In this document: positions 28,301-43,300 of the stretch, piece by piece
How positions within the stretch are numbered: position 1 is the first letter of the stretch
How the letters are laid out: every line of letters starts with the position of its first letter
Assembly (NCBI GenBank): GCA_035221665.1
Contig: CM069165.1
Location: forward strand, 15,128,001 to 15,192,000
Direction: 5' to 3'
From: Okamejei kenojei
Taxonomy: Eukaryota
Length of the DNA: 64,000 nt
Position numbers and translations under genes: made by a program
Notes under the pieces: generated by a model
Databases searched by the model: none
What the model was told of the DNA's origin: nothing
The model's input: the letters and a program-made list of their open reading frames with translations, nothing else

Positions 28301-31300
28301 CACCAACGCAATAAATTGTAGCTCCATAACTTCTCGCTCTTTCAGCCTATGCAAAAAGATATTTGTTAAATTTTGCTGGTGCTAGAGATAAACTAAGACT
28401 TTCTTTGTTTAATAGCTATGAGTACTTACTTCAGCTTGTGTGCGGTCATACACGTTGTCAATTAATTCCCCATCTGTCAATGCAATGATGACACTAGCAG
28501 CTCGAAGTCCTGTGATTGTGGAATCACAATTAATATTTTTTCTAATATACATTATTTTAATGGCAGGTAATAACTCACCTTCCCCTGTTCCCGCCATCCT
28601 TGCAACTCAAAATCCCCAAAACAATTTCAGACATTATAAAAGAGATACAGTGCAGAGACAGGCCCTTCGACCCACCAAGACCGAGCTGACCAGCGATCAC
28701 CCCGTCCACTAACACTGTACTACACACTAGGGATAATTTACGATTTTACCGAAGCCAATTAACCTTCAAACCTGAACGTCTTTGGAGTGTGGGAGGAAAC
28801 TGGAGAAAGCCATGGGATCACAGGGCAAACGTACAAACTCCATACGGACAGCACCTGTAGTCAGTCTCTGGCATTGTAAGACAGCTCCTCTATCGCTACG
28901 TCACTGAGCCGCCACAAAGTTTAGACCAACTAAGTTAAGTGAAATTAACATGAATAATTCGAGCAGATTTTCTGTATGCTTCTCCATCAGATCAGAAATT
29001 GTAATTGAAAATTAATCTTACCATTGGGAAGATTACTTTGTCAACTTTGATAAAGTAAAATACTTTCTTAACAATCTAATTACTGAACTAATATTAATTT
29101 ACTTGGAAAGTGACTAAGATGTGTACAAAATATAGTGAACTGAAGATCATAAAGGAATGTTTGAAGGAGTTTAAATAGGGAGAATCTCTTAGTATATATT
29201 TCATCTGTTCATCTCTTCTGTTGCAAAGTCAGACTTTACTTACTACTGTAAATACTTTGTGTAAGGCTATCCATATAGGGAGTGACTTTCTGCACTCATC
29301 GCCAGCCCAAAGCTACCAAAAAAACGATGACCCACATACAAGATGTGGGTCAACATTATTACCAGTCGCAAAGTTCCTATCTCTCCAATTCTATTTCTGA
29401 TGATCCCCCCCATCAGACTCTGTTTTATTATTCATCTCTCAAAAAAGATATTTCGGTATTGATGCCTTCCTAATCATCAAAGATCTTTAAAATGTTAACT
29501 CTGGGACCTTTATTATATTCATGAAGCACTTTGATGACAGAAAAGTTTCTGATTTCCCTTCTATAATTTAAAATAGAATAATTTCCGGTACTGGTTTTTT
29601 GGTCTCCAGTTGCGTTAATGTGCAGTGGCAGCACCGTGTATAAAAGTCAACGCGCATTAAAATCAAATTTCCCGCTCTCTGGGGAGCTGCAGTGACTTAT
29701 GGGTGATATTACAAGAAACATAAAATATGATTTTAATATGTACTGACTTTTTCATGCGCTGCCACTGTTGCGCACTAAAGTGATCGTGTAGTGGGAGACT
29801 GAGAATTAAATTATTTTAATTAGGACGTACAATGTAAATCGGAATATTTTCTTGAAACAAAGCAAATTCTACGCAAGGTCAACGTCCCAAGTTGGACAGT
29901 ATTCAAAAAAATTCCACGTATTAGAAAGAAGACGGCTGACAAATGGGATTATGAGAAATTCAGATAGAATTGCCAATCAGAAATTACATTGAGATTCTTG
30001 GTACCACTGTTGTAGTTGTCTGTGTTAAGACAATGGGCTCTAATCGGGTGTGTTGCATGTAACTACAGTCATTTCTAATACTGTGGTTGCTTTTACTAGA
30101 ATGTTGCCAGGGTTCCAGCAACTATGTTACAGAGAAAGGTTGAACAAGTTAGGTCTTTATTCTTTGGAGCGCAGAAGGTTAAGGGGGGACTTGATTGAGG
30201 TCTTTAAAATGATGAAAGGGATAGACAGAGTTGACGTGGATAAGCTTTTCCCATTGAGGGTAGGGAAGATTCAAACAAGAGGGCATGACATGAGAATTAA
30301 GGGACAGAAGTTTAGGGGTAACGTGAGGGGGAACTTCTTTACTCAGAGGGTGGTGGCTGTGTGGAATGAGCTTCCGGCAGAGATGGTGGAGGCAGGATCG
30401 ATTTTAACATTTAAAAGTAAAGTGGATAGGTATATGGACGTGAAGGGAATGGAGGGGTATGGTCTGAGTGCAGGTAGATGGGACTAGGGGAAAACAAATG
30501 GTCGGCACGGACTGGAAGGGCCGAGAGGGCCTGTCTCCGTGCTGTAATTGTTATATGGTTATATGGTTATATATATATATTGTGTTGTACGTTAACAAAG
30601 AATGTGGAGATCTCAATGTCAGAGCATTCGAAGCACAATATAGGAAGTGTAGATATAAATGTTCAGTTTTTTGCATGTTCTCCATTGGTTTAACTCCAGC
30701 TACTGGAACATATTACTGCCTATTAGGTCAACGAATGCAGGCCCAGTGCCCAGATACAACATTGGCAAGTCCCAATAATACCTTACTACATATAAAACGA
30801 GACCTGATGCCAAACTTCAAGTAATGCCAACGATTTCATATAGTAATCTGCACACCTGATGACTTTCCATGCTTTTGAGATTTACCAACTTTAATTGTAT
30901 CATTTGGAAAGTCTCAAATAAATCCCATAAACCTGTTGTCAAAGAGTGGGTGTAGAAAATAAATAATGCACTGTCAACAATATATTTCCATGGCTTCTGG
31001 CAACTACAAAATATTAGCAGAGATCTGGGAACTATCCATTTGTTTAGTTTATTGGCCATGTCTGATGGTCTACCAGGTCGGGGAGAAGAGACAGAAAAGG
31101 GTATTAATATTAGTGTATGTGTAAAGCAAAGTCAGAAAAATACATTTTTTAATAGAAAAGGCACAGAATAATATCCTTATGTGAATTATAGATGTAGATA
31201 TACTGCATCTAACACGTCCTTAACACGTATAACAAAAGCATGTCGAAAATATTAGTTAGAAGAGCATCGACAACTTGCACTTATATTGTACTCTTGAAGT

Positions 31301-34300
31301 TGTATTGAGGAAATAAAGCCATTTTTTGAGTTACAAATGGAGATCAAAGTTTGTTGATGATGGATTTTAAGAATAGGCTGAATGGAGGAAAAATATTCAG
31401 GTAGGTCCTAGAAACATAGAAACATAGAAACATAGAAATTAGGTGCAGGAGCAGGCCATTCGGCCCTTCGAGCCTGCACCGCCATTCATTATGATCATGG
31501 CTGATCATCCAACTCAGTATCCTGTACCTGCCTTCTCTCCATACCCCCTGATCCCTTCAGCCACAAGGGCCACATCCCTCTTAAATATGGCCAACGAACT
31601 GGCCTCAACTACCTTCTGTGGCAGAGAATTCCACAGATTCACCACTCTCTGTGTGAAAAATGATTTTCTCATCTCGGTCCTAAAAGACTTCCCCCTTATC
31701 CTTAAACTGTGACCCCTTGTCCTGGACTTCCCCAACATCGGGAACAATCTTCCTGCATCTAGCTTGTCCAACCCCTTAAGAATTTTGTAAGTCTCTATGA
31801 GATCACCCCTCAATCTTCTAAATTCCAGCAAGTACAAGCCAAGTCTATCTAGTCTTTCTTCATATGGAAGTCGTGCCATCCCAGGAATCAGTCTGGTGAA
31901 CCTTCTCTGTACTCCCTCTTTGGCAAGAATGTCTTTCCTCAGATTAGGAGACCTAATCAGATTAGTGATGGGCTGAGGAAGAATGAACATGAGGCCTAAG
32001 TCAGAATAGATGGGTGTGAGGGTCAAGATTGAAGCAGTGGAAGGTACAAAATTAAGAATGCTATGACGGGATTTAAGCACATGTATGTGGATTAGATATG
32101 GTCACAAAGAAAGAAGGTTACTGATTACCTGAGTGGTGTTCATGATAGATCTGTTCAGTTGCCTGTAGTGAAATGAAAGAGAATAACTATAAAATGAAAG
32201 TAAACTATTCATCATTAACAATGTGTTCTCATAACAGAAGTGATGGGTTTGTATTAAATGATAAAGAACAGAACTTGATGTATAAATCGTACCTCCCTGA
32301 AGCCCTCGTGCATAAATGTATCCCCTCCAGGCAATTCATTTCGTAGGGTTTGAAGGCCTCTGCGGATAGTTTCCCTTTAATTGATACACAATTATTTAGC
32401 AACATCTTATGTAGACTCTTTAATATAGCACAATATCACTATATCTTTCACAGAGGCTTATCAAATAAAATTATATTCAAAGAAACACTAAATCAAATCA
32501 TATGTTAATATCATTTAGTATACAAAATCATGAGAGGAATAGATCGGGTAGATGCACAGAGTCTTTTGCCCAGAGTAGGGGAATCGAGGACCAGAGGACA
32601 TAGGTTCAAGGTGAAGGGGAAAAGATTTAATAGGAATCCAAGGGGTAACATTTTCATACAAAGGGTGGTGGGTGTATGGAACAAGCTGCCAGAGGAGGAA
32701 GTTGAGGTTGGGACTATCCCATCATTTAAGAAACAGTTAGACAGGTACATGGATAGGACAGGTTTGGAGGGATATGGACCAAGCCCAGGCAAGTGGGACT
32801 AGTGTAGCTGGGACATTGTTGGCGGTGCGGGCGAGTTGGGCCGAAGGTCCTGTTTCCACACTGGATCACTCTATGACTTATGACTCCATATGTATAAACC
32901 AAAAAATATGTTTCATTTCAAAAACTTCATCAGAAGTGAAAAAGAGCGAAAATAATTTACATGTTAAGTTGAAAAAATGGTGGGGAAAGAATACATAGTT
33001 CAAAGCGAAGCTCTCTGATAAGACAAGCCCGGGAATGCTACTACAGTAAGCAGTTGATAGGATATGCAGGGAAGATAGAGCAGGCAAAAATAAACAAAGC
33101 AATATGGCAAAGATGCGAAATGCTGATCAGGGGTGTAGGACATGCCCAGCAGATCAGATAGTATCAGACGAAAAAGGAACTGAATTAATATTACAAATGG
33201 ATAATACACAACAGAACCAGTTCTGATATAGAAAGAGATAGCAAATTACCTGAAATTGATATTAAGTCCAAAAGGCTACAAAATGCCCAGAGAGAAGACG
33301 CGAAGCCGTTCCTCCAACCTATGTTTAGCCTTATTAATACAATAAATGAGGCCACAGACACATAGGTCGTGGGAGAGTGATGTAGAATTAAAATGACAAT
33401 CATCTCCTGTCAGCGCTTGCTGCAACACAGCAACCAAATGACTTCACAAACATTTTATCACCAGGGAAACACTAGTTTGCTCCATCAACACATTGGTTTT
33501 GTCCTTGTCATTTCCTTCTCATCTTCTCTGCAGGTTAAAACTGGCTTGCTTTCTCTTGAGCTCTTGAACAAAGGGGCTTCCACCAGAAATATTTATTCCA
33601 TTTCTCTTTTCATAGATTCTGTCTGACCTACTCGGTGTTTTCAGCAATATTTTGCCATTTGACCTCATTTCTATATTGATATCCAGTCAAAGCAGTTGTT
33701 TTGCTAGATAGTCCTTTGTATTTTATTTCACAAGATCAGAAAGGAAGAGTTTAGTAAAATTAGGTGACTAGTTGTGGAATAAATATGCACAATTTCCATC
33801 TTATCAAATCTGTTCTTATGATGTACTTACATACTCTATTCCAATATTTACCTATCAGCAGTCAGACTCATCAAGGTTGTACTTTTTGCAGAAAAAACGA
33901 TAAAAGACATTCGTAGCTGAGGACTGAAAGAAGTTAAATGTAAGTTAAGTAATATATTTAGCTAATATATTTAACAGCAATAATGTTAAAGTGATTTATT
34001 TATTACCTTAAAAATTTTTCAGCAAGATCTTCGACAAAAGAATATATTTCTATCCAATGGTGTGAAACACTTCCAGACCTGAGAACAAATACAATTAACA
34101 ATTATTCCCACAAATACTGGAAAGTTTTATGCAACTTGAGTAACTGTCCTTTAAGTTCTTAAATCACCTGACTCCTTAATTGTATGTAGTATCTCAGATA
34201 TGCACAAGTATTGACAGGTGATAGTTGTTAATCTCAACTGAGTTTGGCTTGGTTATCAAAAAATAAATGGGATACATAGGGCTCAGCAAAACCAGGGGTG

Positions 34301-37300
34301 GAAGATTGCAACCTTCACGTGGTCTGCCCTGTTTCGATTAATGCAATCAACTCAACGTGCACAAACGGAAGATCAAATAGAACAAGTTGTCCTACAACTT
34401 TAGGCTGTGCACGCCACACGAAAGAAGAAGAAGCAAAACCAGCAGCAAAAAACAAAGCACGTGTTAGCACTGATGAACTAAACCAATTTCTACCTCAGGA
34501 TCTGGTCATTGTCATTTTACTTGGCTGCACTTGGGTTCAATGCTTCATTTAATTTTACTTTTATTCAGACACAGTATATGGATGTAGCAAATGAGACAGG
34601 TGTTCATAATTGCTGATTAAGTACCAGGATTTTGACAGACAAAATATGGTAATAAATTACCAAGTCCGGATGGTGTGGAATATTAAAAGGACCTTTTATG
34701 TAATAAGGTTCACAACTGTTTTTCCCCCTTATTCTTCTAGACAACAGAAGTCACGGTTTGGAGATGCTACTGAAAAAGCATTGGCAAGTTCTTAAGGTGC
34801 ATACTGTAGATGGTATTTATTGTACCACATTATGCTGGTGGTGAAGTACGTGAATATTGGATCAGTAGACTGGGCAATGTTCAGCGACTCGGCAAGGGAC
34901 CTGAACAAATATTTGTGATGGTTGTTGCTGACTCCATAAGTAAATGTGTGGTGAGGTGTGTTGCCACCAAAACCATCCGACTGTTCCCATCCAAGTGTTC
35001 CCACCAAACCATCCAAGTGTTCCTGTAGCCTTGGATGAACCAGGAATTCCACATTCTTCTGAGGAACAGATTTAGGGTATTTAAGTTCGGCAAAGTAGAT
35101 TCATGCACGAAGTCTGCGTATAACTTTATTAAGGCCATTAAAAATGCTAAAAGGAAATTTTATTCTAAATTGGAGGATGAGATGGACATCCAGCAGCTGT
35201 GGCAGGGCTTGCCACAGCTCAGCTCCCTTACTCACTTGCTCACCTCCTACAAGGCAAAATCAAGTGGCAGCTCAAGCGACCATTTACTATTTCAAAAATC
35301 TCTCAAATATCAAAAAAAATCATAGAAGCTGTTGCTTTGTAGAAGATGAAGAAGAATATCAGCAGATACCAATGAACTGCTCACTAAGTGCCAGGACCAC
35401 TAACTCACCTGGTACACTTCATTGCACTATAATGCTGAGATCTATATTCTGCACACTGTATCTTTCCCTTCGCTCTACCTATTGTACTTGGGGTTGACCT
35501 GCTTGTAGTTATGTATAGTATTATCCGATCTGATTGGATAGCATGGAAAATAAAGCTTTTTCCTGTACTTCGGTACATGTGGGAATAATAATACAAACCT
35601 AAACCTTAAAGTCTTCACCCAAACAAAACTAAAGAGCTGAATTTCAGAGTAAAGTTAGGGTGATAACTTTCACATCAAGCCAGTACTAACAGAATTTTAC
35701 TTTAAGAACACCAAGTAAAATTGAAATTAATGGGAATTTAGAAAAGCTGTCCATAGTTACACTCATTTAGAGCACAAAGGAAGATGGTCGTGGTGTTTGG
35801 AGGCCAATCAATTCCCAACCTTTTTCGTCCCGTTTACCTCTGGCAACTTTAATAGCACATAACAATGTTATTTCATTTATTTACGAACAACTAATGATGA
35901 ACAGATACCAGAACCAAACACAGTTAGTCAATGAGAAAAAAATGTACAAATCCAGAACCAACAAATTTACCCCCTGGGTATGTGAAATTTACCCCCTGGG
36001 GTAAATTTATTCCAGGTTGGGAACCCTTGATCTACTCAAATGCGGGACAGAATGCAGGCTGTTAATCCAACCAATTTAATCAAGGTCAGATGAATGTTCA
36101 ACAAGTGTTCTCGGGAGAATAAGGTCAAGTACATGCTTCCTGTATTATAACAGTGATTATATTTCACAAGTATTTCATTAACTGTGAGTACTGACACCGA
36201 GAACACAATAGATATTAAGAATGTGTAAAATCCTTTGATTAAAGACCTGTAACATTAACTGTTTCCTTCCATAGATTCTGCCTGATATGTACCAATCTGC
36301 AGTTTATCGATTTTCACTTACTGTTAAAATCTTTCTTCCTATATAATGTGGGAAAACACCAATGAGCGAAGACTGCTCAGAGAAACCAATGATTTATTAT
36401 CCTAATGAATGACTTCTCACAATAGCAAAAGCCATTAATTCAAAAAAATCCACATGAAAATCTATGTATGATTATTTTGTCATATATCACAAATACACAC
36501 CACCGATATGAAGAAGAGAATGAACCTCCCCAAGTGCGATGAGCAATATCCTTACTGTAAATACCACCAAATATAGGAAGGGTCTCTACCCGAAACTTCG
36601 CCTATTTACTTCGCTCCATAGATGTTGCCTCACTCGCTGAATTTCTCCAGCATTTTTGTCTACCTTCGAGTTTCCAGCATCTGCAGTTCCTTCTTAATCA
36701 AATATAGATTAGTTGTTTGTTGCTCCATTAAGATTTTACAATGCTAAATATAACTTATATAGGGCATTATATAGGGTGGCACAGTGTCACAAAAGAGTTG
36801 CTGCCTCACAGCACCAGAGACTTTTAATTCAGGTTACCAGAGACTTTTAAGCCAGGTTAATTGGCTTCTGTAAATTGCCCTTAATGTGTAGTATGCAAAA
36901 ATGGGATTACATAAAAGTGTACACTAGTGTGATCTATGGGTGATCGATGGTCGGTGTGGACTTAGTCGGCTGTAGGGCCTGTTTCCACGCTGCATCTCTA
37001 AAAAACTACCAAATCCGTTTACATACCAGGCTACTGTATTTCAAAATAATTCATCATATGTGAACCACCTGGAGCGATTTCCAAATAATAAAATGAAGCT
37101 GTATGAATGATTCTTTTTCATAACTACTTATTACAAAAGGAAGTGCAAAATAGGTAATGGGATGAGGAACGGAACGGAGATTCACATGAACAGCTGTGCG
37201 GTGCCGCACACGATGGTGTTGGAGTCTGGAAGCATATACTTCCGGACATCTTGAATCTGGAGATACATAAGACTGCACGTGTTGGAATCTGGAGCAAGAC

Positions 37301-40300
37301 ACAAAATGCTGGAGGAATGGTACAAGGACACAATCTTAATTGTTGACCATCCTATTACCTCCACAGATGTTGCTTGATGCATTGAGTTCCTCCAGCTATT
37401 TGTTGAATCTGGAGTTATTTTCCAGATATGAATCCTACAAGTCCACGGGGAGAACTTAGACCACTGAGTTGTCTAGTTTAGAGTATAGTTAGAGTATAGA
37501 GAAGTATAGTTTTGTACATTACAGTATCAGGGAGACTGATGCCTGAGGGTTTGTATAAGAAGGAAACTAGAACTATGAATAGTCCTAGAGCAGGAGTGGG
37601 GAACCTTTTCATGTTGGAATGCCGCATTAAACTAATAAAGCCACATCCAAGAAACTTCAATTAGATATAGGATTATTATTATTTTAATCTTCCTCTACTC
37701 TTTGGTATTTTAAATAGGTTCATTTTAAGATTAAAATAAAAAATAATAAAAGACAAACAAATACATATTAATAAAAATAAAATGATTTTTTCTACAAAAT
37801 TTTGGTTTCATTCAAAAGGCTGCACTTAATGGCCTAGAAGGCCGCAGGTTCCCCACCCCTGTCCTAAAGATTGAATACTCAGAGACAGCACAAATGGCTT
37901 ATAATTTAAACCTTTTGATAGATCTGTGGTCTTGGAGCACTTGGGAGCCAAGGCGAAAAGGCAGCAGCGAGAGATGCTGAAATTTACAGCAATCTATGAA
38001 ATAGTTTTGGGTGACAGTGTTTAGGATGAGATACTGAGTGATTTGAAGATCCAGGAAGAAATCAAGGGATGAGAGAATGTTTGAAATGTCAACATTAATT
38101 CATCGTTAGCAAGGAATCCTGAAATGAGGCATGGTAGTTTAGGGAGGCGTCAATCAAAAACTGGGAACTAAGGCAGTTTATAGCGATTGGGAAAATAATT
38201 CACTGCCCTGAAGACTAGGAGAATTTGCAGAAGGCTTTTTGGAAAAAGGGAAAATGTAACATGCCCAAATACACAACTGGAAATGAGGTCCTTCACATGG
38301 TCTAAATGCCCAAAGATGCAACAAAAAAGTGAATATTTTATGTGGAGAATTTGAGATGATTGAAATTAATGTTTATAACTCTGAATGCACCCTGGGCTTC
38401 AGATGGAAGGCATTGAGAAAGTTTTGGACAATTTGTAACGTGTGCATAAGATTATGGGCAGTTCCAACTTTTTTTTTACAGGTATTTCAATCTTTAACGT
38501 GTTTATTCTAATCTGATTATTTTCAAAGAAGAGCAAATAATTTTCCTAGAATACTGAATGATTCCTTAAAATCTTTTCAGACTGACTGCATTTTAAGGAT
38601 TGATAGGATGTTGGCCGCACCTGTGTTGCCATCAAGGCTGCACATGTGAACCACAATATATACGTGAAATAAATCATGCAACATGACTGAATACCCAAAG
38701 CATTTCCATTCTTCCTTGGGATACGTTGTGCATATGTGTCAAAAACCAAAGCTCAAAGAGAACATAAATTACAAATAACTAGAAATAGAAGTTATCATAA
38801 ATAGAAGATTGACAGTAAATGCTGGAGTAACTCAGCGGGACAAGCAGCATCTCTGGAGAGAAGGAATGGGTGACGCTACGGGTCGAGACCCTTCTTCAGA
38901 TTGAAGAGGGGTCTCGGCCTGACCCTAAGTTCTCCCCATGGACTTATAGGATTCAAATCTGGAAAAGATTCAATAGAAAAAACAAATAGCTGGAGGAACT
39001 CAACACATCAAGCAACATCTGTGGAGGTAATAGGATGATCAACATTTAAGGTTGTGGCCTTGTATCAGGGCTGACTATTTCTCCAGCAGTTAGTTTCAGT
39101 GCTATGGGTCTAGACACTTCTTCAGACTGAAAAAGGGTCTAGACCCAAAACGTCTCTCTTCTTTCTCTCCAGAGATGCTGCCTTGTCCCGCTGAGTTACT
39201 CCAGCACTTTGTGTCTATCTTCGGTGGAAACTAGTATCTGCAGTTCCTTGCTACACCATCATCATATTCTTGATTTATAATGAAAACAGCAAACTGTTCC
39301 AAAATTGTGATCAGATATTGGGAATCTGTAAATATGGTCAAACAGTTTGTGTCAACACAAGGAGCAAGGCTTGGACCGAGTTTTTTCCAAGCATGGGTTA
39401 TCTACATGGGTTAAAATTGTAACAAGAATTGGAAAATATACAAGAAAATGTCGTCACGTGGTAAATTTTGAACGAGAAGTATTTCTAACATCATTTATAT
39501 TAGTTTTGTCCTCGAAACACTGGCCTTGTAGACATATTCTAATCCACTTAACATAAAATAAATAAATATTCTAATCCCACCTTGCAGGAGATCTGCATGA
39601 TTATGCATTGGAGTCTTTGATTATGAAAAGATTTGCATTCTCCTGATGTGGTTTAAAAAATTGGGCATCATTTTTCTGGAGCCTGAAGCACACTGAGCCT
39701 GTTTTCATAAAACAAGTTTTAGAATATTGTCATGCCTACTATCCAGCTGGTCTCAGAATCAGCAACTGCTGGTTAAAGTAACCGCTGACCAAATCCGGCG
39801 AAACATAACGAAATATAGTACCTTGCATTTAACACAAGTCCAGGAGTAATAAAGGCCATGATGTCATTTGCCTTCTCAATTAAGAGCTGCATCTGCATGT
39901 TACCATTTAAGTTTAATGCACACAAAAACGCCATAATCTCTCGCAATGTCATTAATTTGCAGTTTTTCTTCATTTAGATCAGTCTATCTTTTGATTCCTC
40001 CGAGCAAAATGCTGAATTCACACATTGCTGCATTAACTTTATTTTCCAGGCTTTTGCCCAGTCACTCAACCTATCTATATTGTGTTGTAGAATTTTTTTT
40101 TTTTTTTTTTTTTCAAAATATACTTTATTCGAATGATAAATATATACAATACATTAACCTTGCGGAAAATCCATCCGACATTTTCGGAGGCTGTACAATA
40201 GATCAATACAGTTTAGACATTTCTTTCCCCCAAATTTGCACAAATCAGTCCCCCACTCGTGCCACAGTGGCGTGGGATACCTTCCCTTATATTGAGGGGC

Positions 40301-43300
40301 GTCTCCACCATACCGTACCCCCCATGTCCAGCAGCGGAAGGGCGTTAGACTGTGGCCCTCCCCCACCGAGCCTTGGCGTTGGCTGCACCGAGCTTCAGTG
40401 CGTCCCTCAGCACGTACTCCTGCAGTCTGCAGCGGGCCAGTCGGCAACATTCCCTGACGGACAACTCGCTCTGCTGGGTGGTGAACAATGCTCGGGCAGA
40501 CCAAAGGGCGTCTTTTACTGAGTTGATGACCCTCCAGCAGCACTCGATGTCAGTCTCTGAATGTGTCCCTGGGAACAGTCCGTAAATCACCGAGTCCTCT
40601 GTGACGGAGCTGTTCGGGATAAAGCGTACCAGGGACCCTTGCATTTTTCTCCAGACTCTTTTAGCAAACCCACACTCTGTAAAGAGGTGGGCAACCGTCT
40701 CCTCGCCATAGCAGCCGTCCCGCGGTGAGTTCTGGCGATGAGGCATTTTGCCAGACAAGCTGGGCAGTCTGCTCAGGGAACCACGCCACCGGGTCCATAG
40801 AGTCCTTTCCCTGCAGTGCCTGCAGGACATTCTGTGCTGACCACTGCCCGATGGACATGTGGTCAAAGGTGTTGGTCCGGAAGAACCCTTCCACTGACGA
40901 CAGATGGGGGGGGTAGAATCCAAATATCATCATCACAGCATGCCCTCTCATTTATTTCCATGTTAACACTAAATACATTAGGAAAAAACTGGACAGCCTT
41001 TAGGAAAGGAAAAGCAGATTTGATTTAAGCATAAAAGTTCCTGAGGGCTCTTGACAGAGTTTATGTCGAGGAGATGTTTCTTCTTGTTAGAGAATCTAGA
41101 AATATGGGATATTGTTTAAAAATAAATCAGTGCTCATTTACATTTTTCTCTTGGAGCTTTGTGAGTCTCTAATTATTTTTCCCCCACAAAGACTGGTGCA
41201 CATGTAGTTTTGGGATATTTTAAGTTGAGAATTATTAGATAAATAAAGGCAGGGGGTATGTTTATATTTATATGTTTGGATTATAACCTCAGACCCCCTG
41301 CCAGACATATCAGAGTTGTGCAAACAGCTTCCCAATGATACACATACTCAAGAACCAGACACAACCTTTGCACAGAATTTCAGATCCCTGTAATATCAAG
41401 TTAAGTGGCTTGCAAAAGTATTCATACCCCTTGAATTTTTCCACATTTTGTCACGACCACAAACGTAAATGTATTTTATTGGGATTTTATGTGATAGACC
41501 AACACAAAGTGGTGCATAAGTGTGAAGTGGAAGGAAAATGATACATGGTTTCCAAATTTTATTACAAATAAAAAACTGAAAAGTGTGGCGTGCAAAAGTA
41601 TTCAGCCCCCCTGAGTCAATACTTTGTAGAACCACCTTTCGCTGCAATTACAGCTGCAAGTCTTTTGGGGTATGTATCTACCAGCTTTGCACATCTAGAG
41701 ACTGAAACTTTTGCCCATTCTTCTTTGCAAAATAGCTCAAGTCAGTCAGATTGGATGGAGAACGTCTGTGAACAGCAATTTTCAAGTCTTGCCAGAGATT
41801 CTCAATTGGATTTAGGTCTGGACTTTGACTGGGCCATTCTAACACATGAATATGCTTTGATCTAAACCATTCCATTGTAGCTCTGACTGTATGTTTAGGG
41901 TCGTTGTCCTGCTGGAAGGTGAGCCTCCGCCCCAGTCTCAAGTCTTTTGCAGACTCTATCAGGTTTTCTTCCAAGATTGCCCTGTATTTGGCTCCATCCA
42001 TCTTCCCATCAACTCTGACCAGCTTCCCTGTCCCTGCTGAAGAAAAGCATCCCCACAGCATGATGCTGTCATCACCATGTTTCACAGTGGGGATGTTGTG
42101 TTCAGGGTGATGTGCAGTGTTAGTTTTCCGCCACACATAGTGTTTTGCATTTAGGCCAAAAACTTCAATTTTGGTCTCATCAGACCAGAGCACCTTCCTC
42201 CACATGTTTGCTGTGTCCCCCACATAGTTTGTGGTAAACTGCAAACGGAACTTCTTATAGCTTTGTTTCAACAATGACTTTCTTCTTGCCACTCTTTCAT
42301 AAAGGCCCGATTTGTGGAGTGCACGACTAATAGTTGTCCTGTGGACAGATTCTCCCACCTGAGCTGTGGATCTCTGCAGCTCCTCCAGAGTTACCATGGG
42401 CCTCTTGGCTACTTCTCTGATCAATGCTCTCCTTGCCCGGCCTGTCAGTTTAGGTGGACGGCCATGTCTTGGTAGGTTTGCAGTTGTGCCATACTCTTTC
42501 CATTTTCGGATGATGGATTGAACAGTGCTCCGTAAGATGTTCAAAGCTTGGGATATTTTTTTATAACCTAACCCTGCTTTAAACTTCTCCACAACTTTAT
42601 CCCTGACCTGTCTGGTGTGTTCCTTGGGCTTCATGATGCTGTTTGTTCACTAATGTTCTCGAACAAACCTCTGAGGACTTCACAGAACAGCTGTATTAAC
42701 ACTGAGATTAGACTACACACAAGTGGACTCTATTTACTAATTAGGTGACTTCTGAAGGCAATTGGTTGCACTGGATTTTATTTAGGGGTATCAGAGTAAA
42801 GGGGGCTGAATACTTTTGCACGCCACACTTTTCAGTTTTTTATTTGTAAAAAAATTTGAAAACCATGTATCATTTTCCTTCCACTTTACAATTATATGCC
42901 ACTTTGTGTTGGTCTATCATATAAAATCCCAATAAAATACATTTACGTTTGTGGTTGTAACGTGACAAAATGTGGAAAAGTTCAATGGGCATGAATACTT
43001 TTGCAAGCCACTGTATATCCTTCTAAACACGTACAAAGAATTCCAATCAGATGAAGTAATTCATGGTGCCTACATATATCAGTGCAGTGATAATTATTAT
43101 TTTTGTATGAGTTACAGGTTTTGTCATTTTTCTGTCAAAGTGACGTTGGGTGAATTACACATCTTCTAGTTGTTAATGGAGAACTCTTGGAGTAAGGAGC
43201 CACATATGAAATAGATCAAGAAGGATCTTGATCCTTCATTTCAACTTCATGGTTTACATAAAAATTACACATTTATCCATTATCAATGTCCAGAAATATT

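Noticed and set aside
35810-36030. Possible hAT MITE remnant with AAATTTACCCCCTGGG repeats
   Set aside because: Only one clear terminus and no TSD.
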